Positions 7,354-17,570 of a stretch of DNA of 64,000 nt are shown here, in pieces (the first letter of the stretch is position 1; each line of letters begins with the position of its first letter). Origin of the DNA: an uncultured Phocaeicola sp. (lineage in GTDB: Bacteria; Bacteroidota; Bacteroidia; Bacteroidales; Bacteroidaceae); contig CAZAUU010000003.1 of NCBI GenBank assembly GCA_964488405.1, positions 2,371-66,370 of the forward strand, written 5' to 3'. A program made the translations under genes and the position numbers. A model generated the notes under the pieces. That model was not told the origin of the DNA. It was given only the letters and a program-made list of their open reading frames with translations, and made no database searches.

Positions 7354-10300
7354 ATGAAAGTGAGCTTTTTTATCGATCGGCCCGTATTCTCGATCGTCAT
7401 TTCCATATTGATAGTCATCATCGGCATCATCGGACTCACCATGCTGCCCATCGACCAGTATCCGCAGATTACCCCGCCTGTAGTGAGAATCAGTGCCTCC
7501 TATCCGGGAGCCAGCGCACTGACGGTATCGCAGGCCGTGGCCACTCCTATCGAACAGGAACTGAACGGCACGCCGGGAATGCTTTATATGGAATCGAACA
7601 GTTCCAATTCCGGAGGTTTCTCCGCCACGGTCACCTTCGACATCTCTGCCAATCCCGACCTGGCCGCCGTAGAAATCCAGAACCGCATCAAACTGGCGGA
7701 ATCACGCCTGCCTGCCGAAGTGGTGCAGAACGGTATTGAAGTTGAAAAACAGGCGGCCAGCCAGTTGATGACAATCTGCCTGACATCGGACGACCCCAAG
7801 TTTGATGAAATCTACCTGAGCAACTTCGCCACGCTGAATGTGCTCGACCTGCTCCGCCGCATCCCCGGAGTGGGCCGTGTGTCAAACATCGGAAGCCGTT
7901 ACTATGCCATGCAGATCTGGGTGGACCCTGCAAAGCTGGCAAACTTCGGCCTGACCGTACAGGACGTCCAAAACGCCCTGAAAGACCAGAACCGCGAATC
8001 GGCCGCAGGCGTATTGGGGCAACAGCCGGTTACGGGGCTCGACATTACCATTCCCATCACGGCTCAAGGTCGGTTGTCGAGTTCTTCCCAGTTTGAAGAA
8101 ATCGTATTGCGTGCCAATCCCGATGGATCGTTGATCCGCATGCGCGACGTGGCACGTGTTTCCCTCGAAGCCCAGTCGTACAATACGGAAAGCGGTATCA
8201 ATGGGGGCAACGCTGCCGTATTGGGCGTGTACATGCTTCCGGGAGCCAATGCCATGGACGTGGCCAAGCGCGTCAAGGCGACCATGGATGAAATCAGCCG
8301 GAATTTCCCAGAAGGGATGAAATACGAAGTGCCTTTCGACATGACCACCTATATTTCCGAATCCATCCACGAAGTGTACAAGACACTGTTCGAAGCGTTG
8401 TTTCTGGTCATCATAGTGGTATTCCTGTCGTTGCAAAGCTGGCGTGCCACACTGATCCCGACCATAGCCGTCCCCATTTCACTTATCGGTACATTCGGTT
8501 TCATGCTCATCTTCGGCTTCTCGCTAAACATCCTGACCTTGTTGGGATTAGTGCTTGCCATCGGCTTAGTGGTGGATGATGCCATCGTGGTGGTGGAAAA
8601 CGTGGAACGCATCATGGATGAAGAACACATAAGCCCGTATGAGGCGACAAAAAAAGCAATGGACGGGCTTACCGGAGCCTTGATTGCCACCTCCATGGTA
8701 TTGGCTGCCGTATTCGTTCCCGTAAGTTTCCTGTCGGGTATCACGGGACAGCTGTACCGCCAGTTCAGCATCACCATCGCGGTGTCCGTCCTCCTGTCTA
8801 CGGTCGTGGCACTGACACTGAGCCCGGTGATGTGCTCCCTGATTCTCCGTCCTCAAGACCCCGACAAGCCCAAAAACCGCGTGTTCCGTACCATCAACAA
8901 ATGGCTGGACCTCGGCAACAACAAATACGTGTCCGGCATCAGCAAGCTCATCAAGAATCCCAAACGGGTAGTAGCAGGATTCGGTATGGTCATCGTGTTC
9001 ATCTTCCTGTTCTACAAATTGATACCTACCAGTTTCCTCCCTACGGAAGACCAGGGGTATTTCACGGTGGAACTGGAAATGCCGGAAGGCACCACACTGG
9101 AACGCATGCGTACCGTGACCAACCGTGCCATTGCCTACCTGATGAAAAATCCATCCGTGGAATACGTGCAAAACGTCACAGGAACCAGTCCGCGTGTGGG
9201 TACCAGCCAGGCACGCAGTACGCTTACCGTCATCCTGAAAGAATGGAAAGAGCGTGACGACACCACAATCGAAAAAATCATGGCCGACGTGCAAAACGAA
9301 TTCAATGAATATCCGGAATGCAAAGTATACCTCTCCTCCCCGCCTGTCATACCCGGGCTGGGCACATCGGGAGGATTCGAAATGCAATTGGAAGCACGGG
9401 GCGATGCTACCTACAACAATCTGGTACAGGCAGCCGACACGTTGATGTATTATGCCTCACAGTGCAAGGAACTGACCGGACTGTCGTCTTCACTGCAAGC
9501 AGAGATTCCCCAGCTTTATTTCGATGTGGACCGCGACAAGGTGAAGCTGTCCGGAGTGCCGATGGCAGATGTGTTCACCACGATGAAAGCCTATACAGGT
9601 TCCGTCTACGTGAACGATTTCAACATGTTCAATCGCATCTACCGCGTGTACATCCAGGCAGAAGCTCCCTACCGTGAACACCGTGACAATATCAACCTGT
9701 TCTTCGTCCGGGGAAGTTCTGGCAACATGATTCCGCTGACCGCACTCGGAAATACGGAATACACAACGGGACCTGGAAGCATCAAGCGGTTCAACATGTT
9801 CTACACGGCCGTTATCCGGGGAACAGCAGCCCACGGCTACAGCTCCGGCCAAGCCATGGAACTGATAGAAAAGCTGGCACACGAACACCTGCCCGACAAC
9901 ATCGGGGTAGAATGGAGCGGACTGTCCTACCAGGAAAAGCAGGCAGGCGGACAGACGGGCATGATTATGGCATTGGTCTTCATGTTCGTGTTCCTCTTCC
10001 TTGCCGCACTGTACGAAAGCTGGAGCATCCCCATCGCCGTACTGCTTTCGCTTCCGGTAGCCGCCTTGGGAGCATACGCCGGAGTCGCCTTGTGCGGGTT
10101 AGAAAACGATACCTACTTCCAGATAGGCTTGGTGATGCTGATGGGACTAGCCGCCAAAAACGCCATCCTGATTGTAGAGTTTGCCAAAGACGAAGTGGAT
10201 AACGGCAAAGGGGTGATAGAGTCTGCCCTGCATGCCGCCCACCTGCGCTTCCGCCCCATCCTGATGACTTCCCTTGCCTTTATCCTCGGCATGGTTCCGC

Positions 10301-10473
10301 TGGTAGTGGCAACCGGGCCGGGAGCCGCCAGCCGCCAGGCCATCGGCACGGGTGTGTTCTTCGGCATGATTGTGGCAGTGACGGTAGGTATCTTCCTCGT
10401 GCCGTTCTTCTTCGTCATGATTTACAAGACGACCCACAAATTGAAATCCAGAAAAGCAATCCAAAAAAGTTAA
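7354..10473 (+). CDS. RND efflux permease (HAE1/AcrB family)
   Basis: FFIDRPVF, GLVVDDAIVVVENVER, AKNAILIVEFA, RFRPILMTS. Confidence 0.97.
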   Translation: MKVSFFIDRPVFSIVISILIVIIGIIGLTMLPIDQYPQITPPVVRISASYPGASALTVSQAVATPIEQELNGTPGMLYMESNSSNSGGFSATVTFDISANPDLAAVEIQNRIKLAESRLPAEVVQNGIEVEKQAASQLMTICLTSDDPKFDEIYLSNFATLNVLDLLRRIPGVGRVSNIGSRYYAMQIWVDPAKLANFGLTVQDVQNALKDQNRESAAGVLGQQPVTGLDITIPITAQGRLSSSSQFEEIVLRANPDGSLIRMRDVARVSLEAQSYNTESGINGGNAAVLGVYMLPGANAMDVAKRVKATMDEISRNFPEGMKYEVPFDMTTYISESIHEVYKTLFEALFLVIIVVFLSLQSWRATLIPTIAVPISLIGTFGFMLIFGFSLNILTLLGLVLAIGLVVDDAIVVVENVERIMDEEHISPYEATKKAMDGLTGALIATSMVLAAVFVPVSFLSGITGQLYRQFSITIAVSVLLSTVVALTLSPVMCSLILRPQDPDKPKNRVFRTINKWLDLGNNKYVSGISKLIKNPKRVVAGFGMVIVFIFLFYKLIPTSFLPTEDQGYFTVELEMPEGTTLERMRTVTNRAIAYLMKNPSVEYVQNVTGTSPRVGTSQARSTLTVILKEWKERDDTTIEKIMADVQNEFNEYPECKVYLSSPPVIPGLGTSGGFEMQLEARGDATYNNLVQAADTLMYYASQCKELTGLSSSLQAEIPQLYFDVDRDKVKLSGVPMADVFTTMKAYTGSVYVNDFNMFNRIYRVYIQAEAPYREHRDNINLFFVRGSSGNMIPLTALGNTEYTTGPGSIKRFNMFYTAVIRGTAAHGYSSGQAMELIEKLAHEHLPDNIGVEWSGLSYQEKQAGGQTGMIMALVFMFVFLFLAALYESWSIPIAVLLSLPVAALGAYAGVALCGLENDTYFQIGLVMLMGLAAKNAILIVEFAKDEVDNGKGVIESALHAAHLRFRPILMTSLAFILGMVPLVVATGPGAASRQAIGTGVFFGMIVAVTVGIFLVPFFFVMIYKTTHKLKSRKAIQKS

Positions 10474-10479
10474 GCATTT

Positions 10480-11868
10480 ATGAAACACATATACACCCTA
10501 TCCCGCATCCTGCTTGTAGCCGCCCTTGCCATGCTGGCGTCAAGTTGCAAAATCGGCAAGCAATACACCCGTCCCGACCTGGAGCTGCCCGCCACGCTCG
10601 ACAGCATGAGCGTGGACACCACATCCATCGGCGACTATCCGTGGGAACAGCTTTACACCGACACCACGCTGCAAGCATTGATACGCAAAACCCTTATCTA
10701 CAATAAAGACATACAAATAGCGGCGGCAAGGGTCAGGGAACTGGCGGCACGGAAACAAATCGACATAGCCAACATACTCCCGCAGGTAGGCCTGAGGATA
10801 TACGCCGAACGCGAAAGGGAAAACCATGGGGGCGACAGCTATAAGCAGGACGACCAGTTCGACCTGAAAGGCACGGTTAGTTGGGAGATTGACCTTTGGG
10901 GCAAATTACGCTGGGCAAAAGACAAGAGCGTGGCCCTCCTGGCAGGTTCCATCGAGAATCAACGGGCATTGCAGATGAGCCTGATAGCCGAAGTGGCACA
11001 ATCGTATTTTGAACTCATCGCGCTCGACAACGAATTGGCCATCGTGCAACAAACCGTCAACGCACGCCGGGAAGGGCTTCGCCTGGCACGCATCCGGTAC
11101 GAAGGGGGGCTGACATCCGAAACCGCATTCCGCCAGGCACAGGTGGAATTGGCACGCACCGCCACATTGGTTCCCGGTCTGGAACGCCAGATTACCCTGA
11201 AAGAGAACGATATCGCCTTCCTTTCGGGCGATTACCCGCACCATGTCAGGCGTTCCAGGCTGCCCGAAGACGTGCTGTTGCCCGCAAACCTCCCGGTAGG
11301 CCTGCCCTCCAGCCTGTTGGAACGGCGTCCCGACGTGCGGCAAGCCGAACAGGCACTGATTGCCGCCAATGCCGATGTGGGCATCGCATTCACCAGCCTC
11401 TTTCCCAGCCTGACACTGAACGCCTCCTTTGGCGGGGAAAGCGACCTGATCGATGAACTGCTGGAATCGCCTTGGCACTTGCTGAGTGCCACCCTGCTGC
11501 AACCGATATTCAGCTGGGGCAAGAACCGGGCGAGGCTGAAAGCACAAAAGGCAGCCCTCGAAGGAGCTGCCTATGCCTATGAAAAAGTCGTGCTGAATGC
11601 GTTCAAGGAAGCCTATGATGCCATTGCGGAATTCAACAAGAGCAAGGAAATCTACGAAACCCGCCTCCGCTTGGAACAAGCATCCAAGAGCACGCTCGAC
11701 CTTGCCAACCTGCAATACATCAATGGCGTAATCGGCTACATGGACCTGCTGGACGCACAGCGCGGATACCTCGATGCCCAAATCAGCCTGAGCAATGCCG
11801 TGCGTGACAAACAAATCACCATGGTACAGCTCTATAAGGCCTTGGGCGGGGGATGGAAAAACGAATGA
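10480..11868 (+). CDS. Outer-membrane efflux lipoprotein (OprM/TolC family)
   Basis: Lipobox LASSC, WEIDLWG, LLERRPDV, LYKALGGGW. Confidence 0.95.
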   Translation: MKHIYTLSRILLVAALAMLASSCKIGKQYTRPDLELPATLDSMSVDTTSIGDYPWEQLYTDTTLQALIRKTLIYNKDIQIAAARVRELAARKQIDIANILPQVGLRIYAERERENHGGDSYKQDDQFDLKGTVSWEIDLWGKLRWAKDKSVALLAGSIENQRALQMSLIAEVAQSYFELIALDNELAIVQQTVNARREGLRLARIRYEGGLTSETAFRQAQVELARTATLVPGLERQITLKENDIAFLSGDYPHHVRRSRLPEDVLLPANLPVGLPSSLLERRPDVRQAEQALIAANADVGIAFTSLFPSLTLNASFGGESDLIDELLESPWHLLSATLLQPIFSWGKNRARLKAQKAALEGAAYAYEKVVLNAFKEAYDAIAEFNKSKEIYETRLRLEQASKSTLDLANLQYINGVIGYMDLLDAQRGYLDAQISLSNAVRDKQITMVQLYKALGGGWKNE

Positions 11869-11893
11869 GGCACCCCCGCCTGACAAGTGGGGA

Positions 11894-13162
11894 TTACTCC
11901 TCCGGAATCACTTCGTTCAGGCAGGCAATGGCGTTCAAGGTACGCGGATAGCCGATGTACGGCAACAACTGGGTCACCGTGTCCAACAAGACTTGCTTAC
12001 CGTTTCCTACATTCACGTTCCCTTGGATATGCCCTTTCACCTGTGGCTCGCAACCGCCCAAAGAGACAAGGAAGGAGAACGTTATCAGTTCACGCATGCG
12101 CTTGTCCATGCCGGTCCGTGTCTGGTAGTCGCCAAAACAGTTTGCCGAAAGGTAGTGCTGGATGTGGATCTGGTTTTCGGGGGAGTTCTTGTACATATCG
12201 TCTATGCTGCTGCCAAAGATGTCTTTCTGCAAGGCAAGCCCTTTCTCGAAACGGTTTTCGGGCGAAGTGACCGACTGCGTTTCGAGCGGCAGTGTGATGC
12301 CTCGTTCCGCAAACACACGGTTCGTGACATCCAAAAGTTCCGCCACACGCGCCATCCCCACATAGGCAGTAGCCTGATACAGGATTTCTTTCACCACCAC
12401 CGGTGTCACCCCGTTGGCAAGGGCTGCAGAAAGCAGTTTCCCGTACGTGTCCGGCGTATGCTGGGCAATGGCAGAAGCCAAGGTCACCATGATGCGCGTC
12501 TTCGTATCCAATGCCCCGTGGTTTGCCACTTCCCCGAATGCGAAATTGCGGAAAATCTCAGTAAGTTCGGGGTCGGTTGCTTTCATGCCGGACACGTCTT
12601 CCGGGAACCATTCGGTATAGTGGCGCACTGCCTCATCGCTCAATCGGCACACCGGGACGGATGTTCCGCCGGAAGTGGCTTCACGGTACTGCTCATCGTC
12701 CACAGGCTCCAGCCACGTGGATTTGTTGGTCTGCGGGTTGCAGGAAATGGCAAGGTGGGAGAACCAACTGTCGGGAGCAGCCCCATGCCAATGAACGACA
12801 TCGGGTGCAATCTCCACAACATCGCCCGCCACCAGCAACTGTGCCGGTTTTCCTTTTTCCTGATAATACCCCTTGCCGCCTACGACAACCAGGATTTGCC
12901 CGCCTGTATGGCTATGCCAGTTGTTGCGGCATCCCGGTTCGAAAGTGACATTGAACATCGGGCAGTTCAAGTCCGCATTATGGGTCAGCTGTGCCAGGTA
13001 AGACTGACCGATGAAATACTTTGCGTTTTCTTCCGGATTTTTGTCGCCCACCGGAAAAGCACTGATGTGCTGAGGAATCTTTTTCATTTCTTGTGCTTTT
13101 AATGATACATGACCACACAGCGACACGAAGGCCGCTGCACATACGATTACAATTTTATTCAT
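11894..13162 (-). CDS. Signal-peptide-bearing cupin + carboxymuconolactone decarboxylase (AhpD/CMD) fusion protein
   Basis: MNKIVIVCAAAF...LKA|QE signal peptide, cupin VTFEPGCRNNWHSH...HWHGA, CMD motifs FAFGEV, GCEPQVKGH, PYIGYPR. Confidence 0.85.
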   Translation of the reverse strand: MNKIVIVCAAAFVSLCGHVSLKAQEMKKIPQHISAFPVGDKNPEENAKYFIGQSYLAQLTHNADLNCPMFNVTFEPGCRNNWHSHTGGQILVVVGGKGYYQEKGKPAQLLVAGDVVEIAPDVVHWHGAAPDSWFSHLAISCNPQTNKSTWLEPVDDEQYREATSGGTSVPVCRLSDEAVRHYTEWFPEDVSGMKATDPELTEIFRNFAFGEVANHGALDTKTRIMVTLASAIAQHTPDTYGKLLSAALANGVTPVVVKEILYQATAYVGMARVAELLDVTNRVFAERGITLPLETQSVTSPENRFEKGLALQKDIFGSSIDDMYKNSPENQIHIQHYLSANCFGDYQTRTGMDKRMRELITFSFLVSLGGCEPQVKGHIQGNVNVGNGKQVLLDTVTQLLPYIGYPRTLNAIACLNEVIPEE

Positions 13163-13181
13163 AAGAAGGTATTTAATTGGT

Positions 13182-13417
13182 TTACTGATGCAAACGGTAA
13201 CGCAACCACGCCGTACTCCTCCTACCTGCTCCATATTTGCCAAACCAATGGCAAAGGATTGCGTGCAAGGCCGGTTGTCCAGACAGCCCTCACGGGCCAC
13301 ATATTTTCCTGCCTGACGACCATCCTTTTTGAAAACGAACGGTCCTTTTTCGGTACAGTTCGCCCAGTCAATCCTGCAACCGATGGAAGCAATGGTATGA
13401 ATTACATAAGGACGCAT
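13182..13417 (-). pseudogene. Internally deleted remnant of a RibD-C/DHFR-family reductase
   Basis: N-terminus MRPYVIHTIASIGCRID and, in a shifted frame, C-terminus TAWLRYRLHQ* (TAA at 13182-13184) resemble the two ends of this family from memory. Most of the middle is missing. Confidence 0.55.
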
Positions 13418-13437
13418 AAAACTTTGTTTTCAGACAA

Positions 13438-13506
13438 CAAAATTAAGGAATCCGGCCATCTGCCATCCTATAAAAATTACGGATATACTAACCTTTTTTA
13501 CCGATA
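13438..13506 (-). promoter_or_regulatory. -7 box plus 21-bp-period direct repeat (AraC-type site)
   Basis: TAATTTTG at 13438-13445; TTACGGATA at 13477-13485 and TTACCGATA at 13498-13506. Confidence 0.55.
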
Positions 13507-13614
13507 AAGCCTCCCTCCGGAAACACGTCAGGACGCACAAGCAAACGGGAGCGCACACACCGACCTACGCAACAGCTCCTGCAGCCCCACACGGACAGTC
13601 CAACCCATACACAA

Positions 13615-13648
13615 GAAAAAGCCGGAAGTTCCTCACGGAAATCCCGGC
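13615..13648 (-). terminator. Intrinsic terminator of the GSIII gene
   Basis: Minus strand GCCGGGATTTCC-GTGA-GGAACTTCCGGC-TTTTTC. Confidence 0.75.
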
Positions 13649-13700
13649 CCATCTTTCATCAAACAACCAATAAGAAAAATTAGAGGTAATCTAATGATTT

Positions 13701-15890
13701 TTATCTAATGAATAACAGCTCCCTGTATTTGGGCAACGTCCACATCTTGTCATCAACAATCAGTTCCAGCTTGTCGATGTGGTAACGGATCTGCTCCAGC
13801 ATCGGTGCGATGGTATCATGATAAGCTACCGCCTTCGCACGCTCGTCTTCAATCTTGTTTGCCACCTTGCGGGCACTCACCATAGCATCGACGTGTTCCT
13901 TGATGAAGGATGTATGCTCCGAAATCTTGCGGATGATGGCAATATTTTCTGCCGAAAGCGCATCGGCTTCCTCAGCAGGGAACAGCCCTTTTACTTTATA
14001 TACATTGTCGAGCAGCTTGCCCTGGTATTCGATAGCCACCGGTACCACGTGGTTCATCACCAGGTCGCCCAACACGCGGGCTTCTATCTGGATTTTCTTC
14101 GTATAGGTTTCCCACTTCACTTCATTGCGGGCTTCCAGTTCTTTCTGCGTCATCACGCCTTGCGACTCGAACATCTTCACCGTTTCCGGAGTCAGATACT
14201 GGTCGAAGATCACCGGACAGCTGGTCTCGCAATCCAATCCCCGGCGTACAGCCTCTTCTTTCCACTCTTCGCTGTAGCCGTTGCCATCGAAGCGGATGGG
14301 TTTGGAAGCCTTGATGTATTCACGGATTACACGGATGATGGCGGTCACTTTCGGTTCCCCGCGTTCGATAAGTTCGTCCACCTTCTGCTTGAATTCTACC
14401 AGTTGTTCTGCCACGGCGGTATTCAGGGCAATCATCGCGCTCGCACAGTTGGCCTCTGAACCTACGGCACGGAACTCGAAACGGTTGCCGGTGAAAGCGA
14501 AAGGCGAAGTACGGTTGCGGTCGGTGTTGTCGATCAGCAGTTCGGGTATCTGCGGGATATCCAGCTTCATGCCGTGTTTGCCTCCCAACGAAATCAGTTC
14601 ATCGGTGGTACTTTCTTCCATATGGTCGAGCACCTTGCTGAGCTGCGTGCCCAGGAACGACGAGATGATGGCGGGAGGAGCTTCGTTGGCACCTAAGCGG
14701 TGTGCGTTCGTGGCACTCATGATAGATGCCTTGAGCAACCCGTTGTGGCGGTACACCGCCATCAGCGTATTGACAATGAACGTGATGAAGCGCAAGTTCT
14801 CCTCCGGTGTCTTGCCGGGAGCCATCAGCAGCACGCCCGTATCGGTGCCCAGCGACCAGTTGTTGTGTTTGCCGGACCCGTTGACTCCTTTGAACGGCTT
14901 CTCGTGCAGCAGCACGCGGAAACCGTGTGCACGTGCCACCTTCCGCATCAGCGACATGATGAGCATGTTATGATCTACGGCAAGGTTGCATTCCTCAAAG
15001 ACGGGAGCCAACTCGAACTGGTTGGGAGCCACCTCGTTGTGACGCGTCTTGAGGGGAATACCCAGTTCCAGTGCCTGTATCTCCAAATCCTTCATGAAGG
15101 CAGCCACACGTGTGGGTATGGCCCCGAAATAATGGTCTTCCAACTGCTGATTCTTCGATGCCTCGTGCCCCATCAGCGTGCGGCCTGTCAGCAACAGGTC
15201 GGGACGTGCAGCGTACAGGCCCTCATCGACCAGGAAATATTCCTGCTCCCAGCCCAAATAGGCCAACACCTTCTTCACATTCGGGTCAAAATAATGACAT
15301 ACATCCACCGCAGCCTTGTTCACTGCCCGCAAAGCCTTCAGCAACGGAGCCTTATAGTCCAGCGACTCGCCCGTATAGGCAATAAACACCGTGGGGATGC
15401 ACAATGTATCGTCTACCACAAACACCGGCGATGAGGGATCCCATGCGCTGTATCCACGCGCCTCGAAGGTATTGCGGATACCACCGTTAGGAAACGATGA
15501 TGCGTCCGGTTCCTGCTGTACCAGCAGCTTGCCGGAGAACTCTTCCATCATGCCTCCCTTGCCATCGTGCTCCACAAAGGCATCGTGCTTTTCAGCCGTA
15601 CCTTCGGTCAGCGGCTGAAACCAGTGTGTATAATGGGTTGCACCCAGTTCGCTTGCCCAACGCTTCATGCCTTCCGCAACAGCATCGGCAATGCTCCGGT
15701 CGAGCACAGCACCGTTATCCATTGCATCTACCAGCTTTTCGTACACTTTACTTGGCAGATACTTAAACATCTTCTCGCGGTTGAATACGTATTTTCCGAA
15801 ATACTCACTCGGACGCTCTGCCGGGGCAGGCACTTCAAAAGGTTTCGTTTGAAACGCTTTTTCTACAACCCTGAATCGTAATGTTGACAT
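13701..15890 (-). CDS. glnA: Glutamine synthetase type III
   Basis: THWFQPLT, QQEPDASSFPNGG, RHNEVAPNQFE, NGSGKHNNWS, TDRNRTSPFAFTGNRFEFR. Confidence 0.97.
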   Translation of the reverse strand: MSTLRFRVVEKAFQTKPFEVPAPAERPSEYFGKYVFNREKMFKYLPSKVYEKLVDAMDNGAVLDRSIADAVAEGMKRWASELGATHYTHWFQPLTEGTAEKHDAFVEHDGKGGMMEEFSGKLLVQQEPDASSFPNGGIRNTFEARGYSAWDPSSPVFVVDDTLCIPTVFIAYTGESLDYKAPLLKALRAVNKAAVDVCHYFDPNVKKVLAYLGWEQEYFLVDEGLYAARPDLLLTGRTLMGHEASKNQQLEDHYFGAIPTRVAAFMKDLEIQALELGIPLKTRHNEVAPNQFELAPVFEECNLAVDHNMLIMSLMRKVARAHGFRVLLHEKPFKGVNGSGKHNNWSLGTDTGVLLMAPGKTPEENLRFITFIVNTLMAVYRHNGLLKASIMSATNAHRLGANEAPPAIISSFLGTQLSKVLDHMEESTTDELISLGGKHGMKLDIPQIPELLIDNTDRNRTSPFAFTGNRFEFRAVGSEANCASAMIALNTAVAEQLVEFKQKVDELIERGEPKVTAIIRVIREYIKASKPIRFDGNGYSEEWKEEAVRRGLDCETSCPVIFDQYLTPETVKMFESQGVMTQKELEARNEVKWETYTKKIQIEARVLGDLVMNHVVPVAIEYQGKLLDNVYKVKGLFPAEEADALSAENIAIIRKISEHTSFIKEHVDAMVSARKVANKIEDERAKAVAYHDTIAPMLEQIRYHIDKLELIVDDKMWTLPKYRELLFIR

Positions 15891-16270
15891 AATACCTCAA
15901 AAAATTAGTTGTTATTGTTTATCTATAAGCTATCGTAAGCTGTAATTCAAAATCATTTTGCAACAAACAAAAGTAGATTAAATATCTTTTTGCTTTTCAT
16001 TTCACTGCAAAAGTAATTCTTTTCCTATATACGGACGAACGGGTAGGCCACATTTTTCCTCTTTTTTTATGCATGGTTTCAATTTGAAGCAAAATAAGTA
16101 CCTATTACGTCAAATCCATAGCGAACAAATCATTATACAATCTTTTTATAACAAGATAAAGGAAATAAACATTCAAAAAGCAAGCAAATACACCTCCTTT
16201 CATTTCATTCTATCAGTCAATACCGGGCAAACATCTACCATTTTATTATCACATCATATATTATGTTTTC

Positions 16271-17443
16271 CTAACGATGACCACCGAGCCGCACGTACAC
16301 CTGGTAGCGCGTGGTTTCGCCCACAGGCGTAAGCGAAAGATACCCGCCGGCCAGCCTGCCTTCCGCAAGGCGGACAGGATGCTCCCTACACATACGGGTG
16401 TGGAAACGGAGGGCATCCCCCATAACCGGATAATGCACGACGGACAACCGTCCCCGTACGGAGGGATGAACGTAGCGGTCGAAAAAAAGACGCGAAAGCA
16501 CGCCCATGTTCATACGCAGGTTGACCTCCACACACGGATGAACGGCAAATCCCCCTCCACACCGGACGACCATCATGTCCACACCCAAGTATCCCCTGTA
16601 ATGCCTGCCGATCCACGAAGGCAACACTTCCAGCAAGCGGCAGGACACATCCCGCAAGAGGGAAGGCGGGACATACTCCGCAATCTTCCGCTCCATCCAC
16701 GCATCAGAAGCAAGGAGATTCGTCTTGTAACGGCCGGACGCACCGGTACAGAACAGGGAATAACCGGCAAAGGATACCCTTCCGTCATCGCAGGCACGGA
16801 ATTCCATGGCAAAATCGCATACCTTGTCATACAAAGGTTCCACCATCACGGTCCCCTGCGTGCGCAAGACCCGCGCCGCCCAACCTTCCACTGAAGCCGT
16901 CCATCCGCCTTCGCCGACAAACACTATTCCTTTCCCACTGCCCGACCACGGTGCTTTCAGCACATACCTTCTCCACCCCGCCGTCCGCACCCCGACCTCC
17001 TCCAACGAGCGGCAGGCATACGCCTCCCCACACAGGCGATCGTCCCCGACCAACCGACGCAAGACCTGCATTCCGGCCACCCTGCCCGACAATTCCCTGA
17101 TGCACTCCATCTCTTCCGGCGAAGGAAGACAGGCATCGTCCACGCCAGCTAGCCTCAACATACGGACCAAAGCCGGATTCCACCCCCACGGCGAACAGGC
17201 GGCAGACATCCACTCCGCAGTCCAGCCGACACAAGGTACCGGCACCTCCCCTCCGGCAAGCATGTCCCAACGGGGAACCGGCACCTCCCTCCCTAACTTG
17301 ACCACACTTCCCGGCAGGGCATACCAGGCAGGCAAAACGGCCAAGTCGTCCGCCATGCGCACAATCTCTGCCGGAGGCCTATAATAAGGAGTAAAGTTGG
17401 CTAGCGCCAAATCGTTTTCCGGATTGAAAAGGTATATCGCCAT
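16271..17443 (-). CDS. Uncharacterised ATP-grasp-fold protein
   Basis: KAPWSGSGKG loop, VEP, GYLGVDM, CVEVNLR (ExN). Start likely ATG 17443, downstream of a -7 box at 17468-17475. Confidence 0.75.
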   Translation of the reverse strand: MAIYLFNPENDLALANFTPYYRPPAEIVRMADDLAVLPAWYALPGSVVKLGREVPVPRWDMLAGGEVPVPCVGWTAEWMSAACSPWGWNPALVRMLRLAGVDDACLPSPEEMECIRELSGRVAGMQVLRRLVGDDRLCGEAYACRSLEEVGVRTAGWRRYVLKAPWSGSGKGIVFVGEGGWTASVEGWAARVLRTQGTVMVEPLYDKVCDFAMEFRACDDGRVSFAGYSLFCTGASGRYKTNLLASDAWMERKIAEYVPPSLLRDVSCRLLEVLPSWIGRHYRGYLGVDMMVVRCGGGFAVHPCVEVNLRMNMGVLSRLFFDRYVHPSVRGRLSVVHYPVMGDALRFHTRMCREHPVRLAEGRLAGGYLSLTPVGETTRYQVYVRLGGHR

Positions 17444-17570
17444 AGGTTCATCAATTAAAGGCAGGTACAAAGATAAAGAAAAGGAAAGAAGAAAAAAACA
17501 ATTATTTTGATAACCCCAGTTGGCAAATTAATGAACTATTCGTATATTTGCAGCAGAGATACAGGAACTC

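Noticed and set aside
11795-13102. 435-aa plus-strand ORF continuing from the RND operon
   Set aside because: Antisense to the cupin-CMD gene, which carries the conserved motifs.
15891-16270. Possible sRNA, riboswitch or small ORF (16069-16332) in the AT-rich glnA upstream region
   Set aside because: Only TACTTTTG -7 boxes for glnA (15968-15975, 16008-16015) are evident; no terminator, convincing structure or coding signal.
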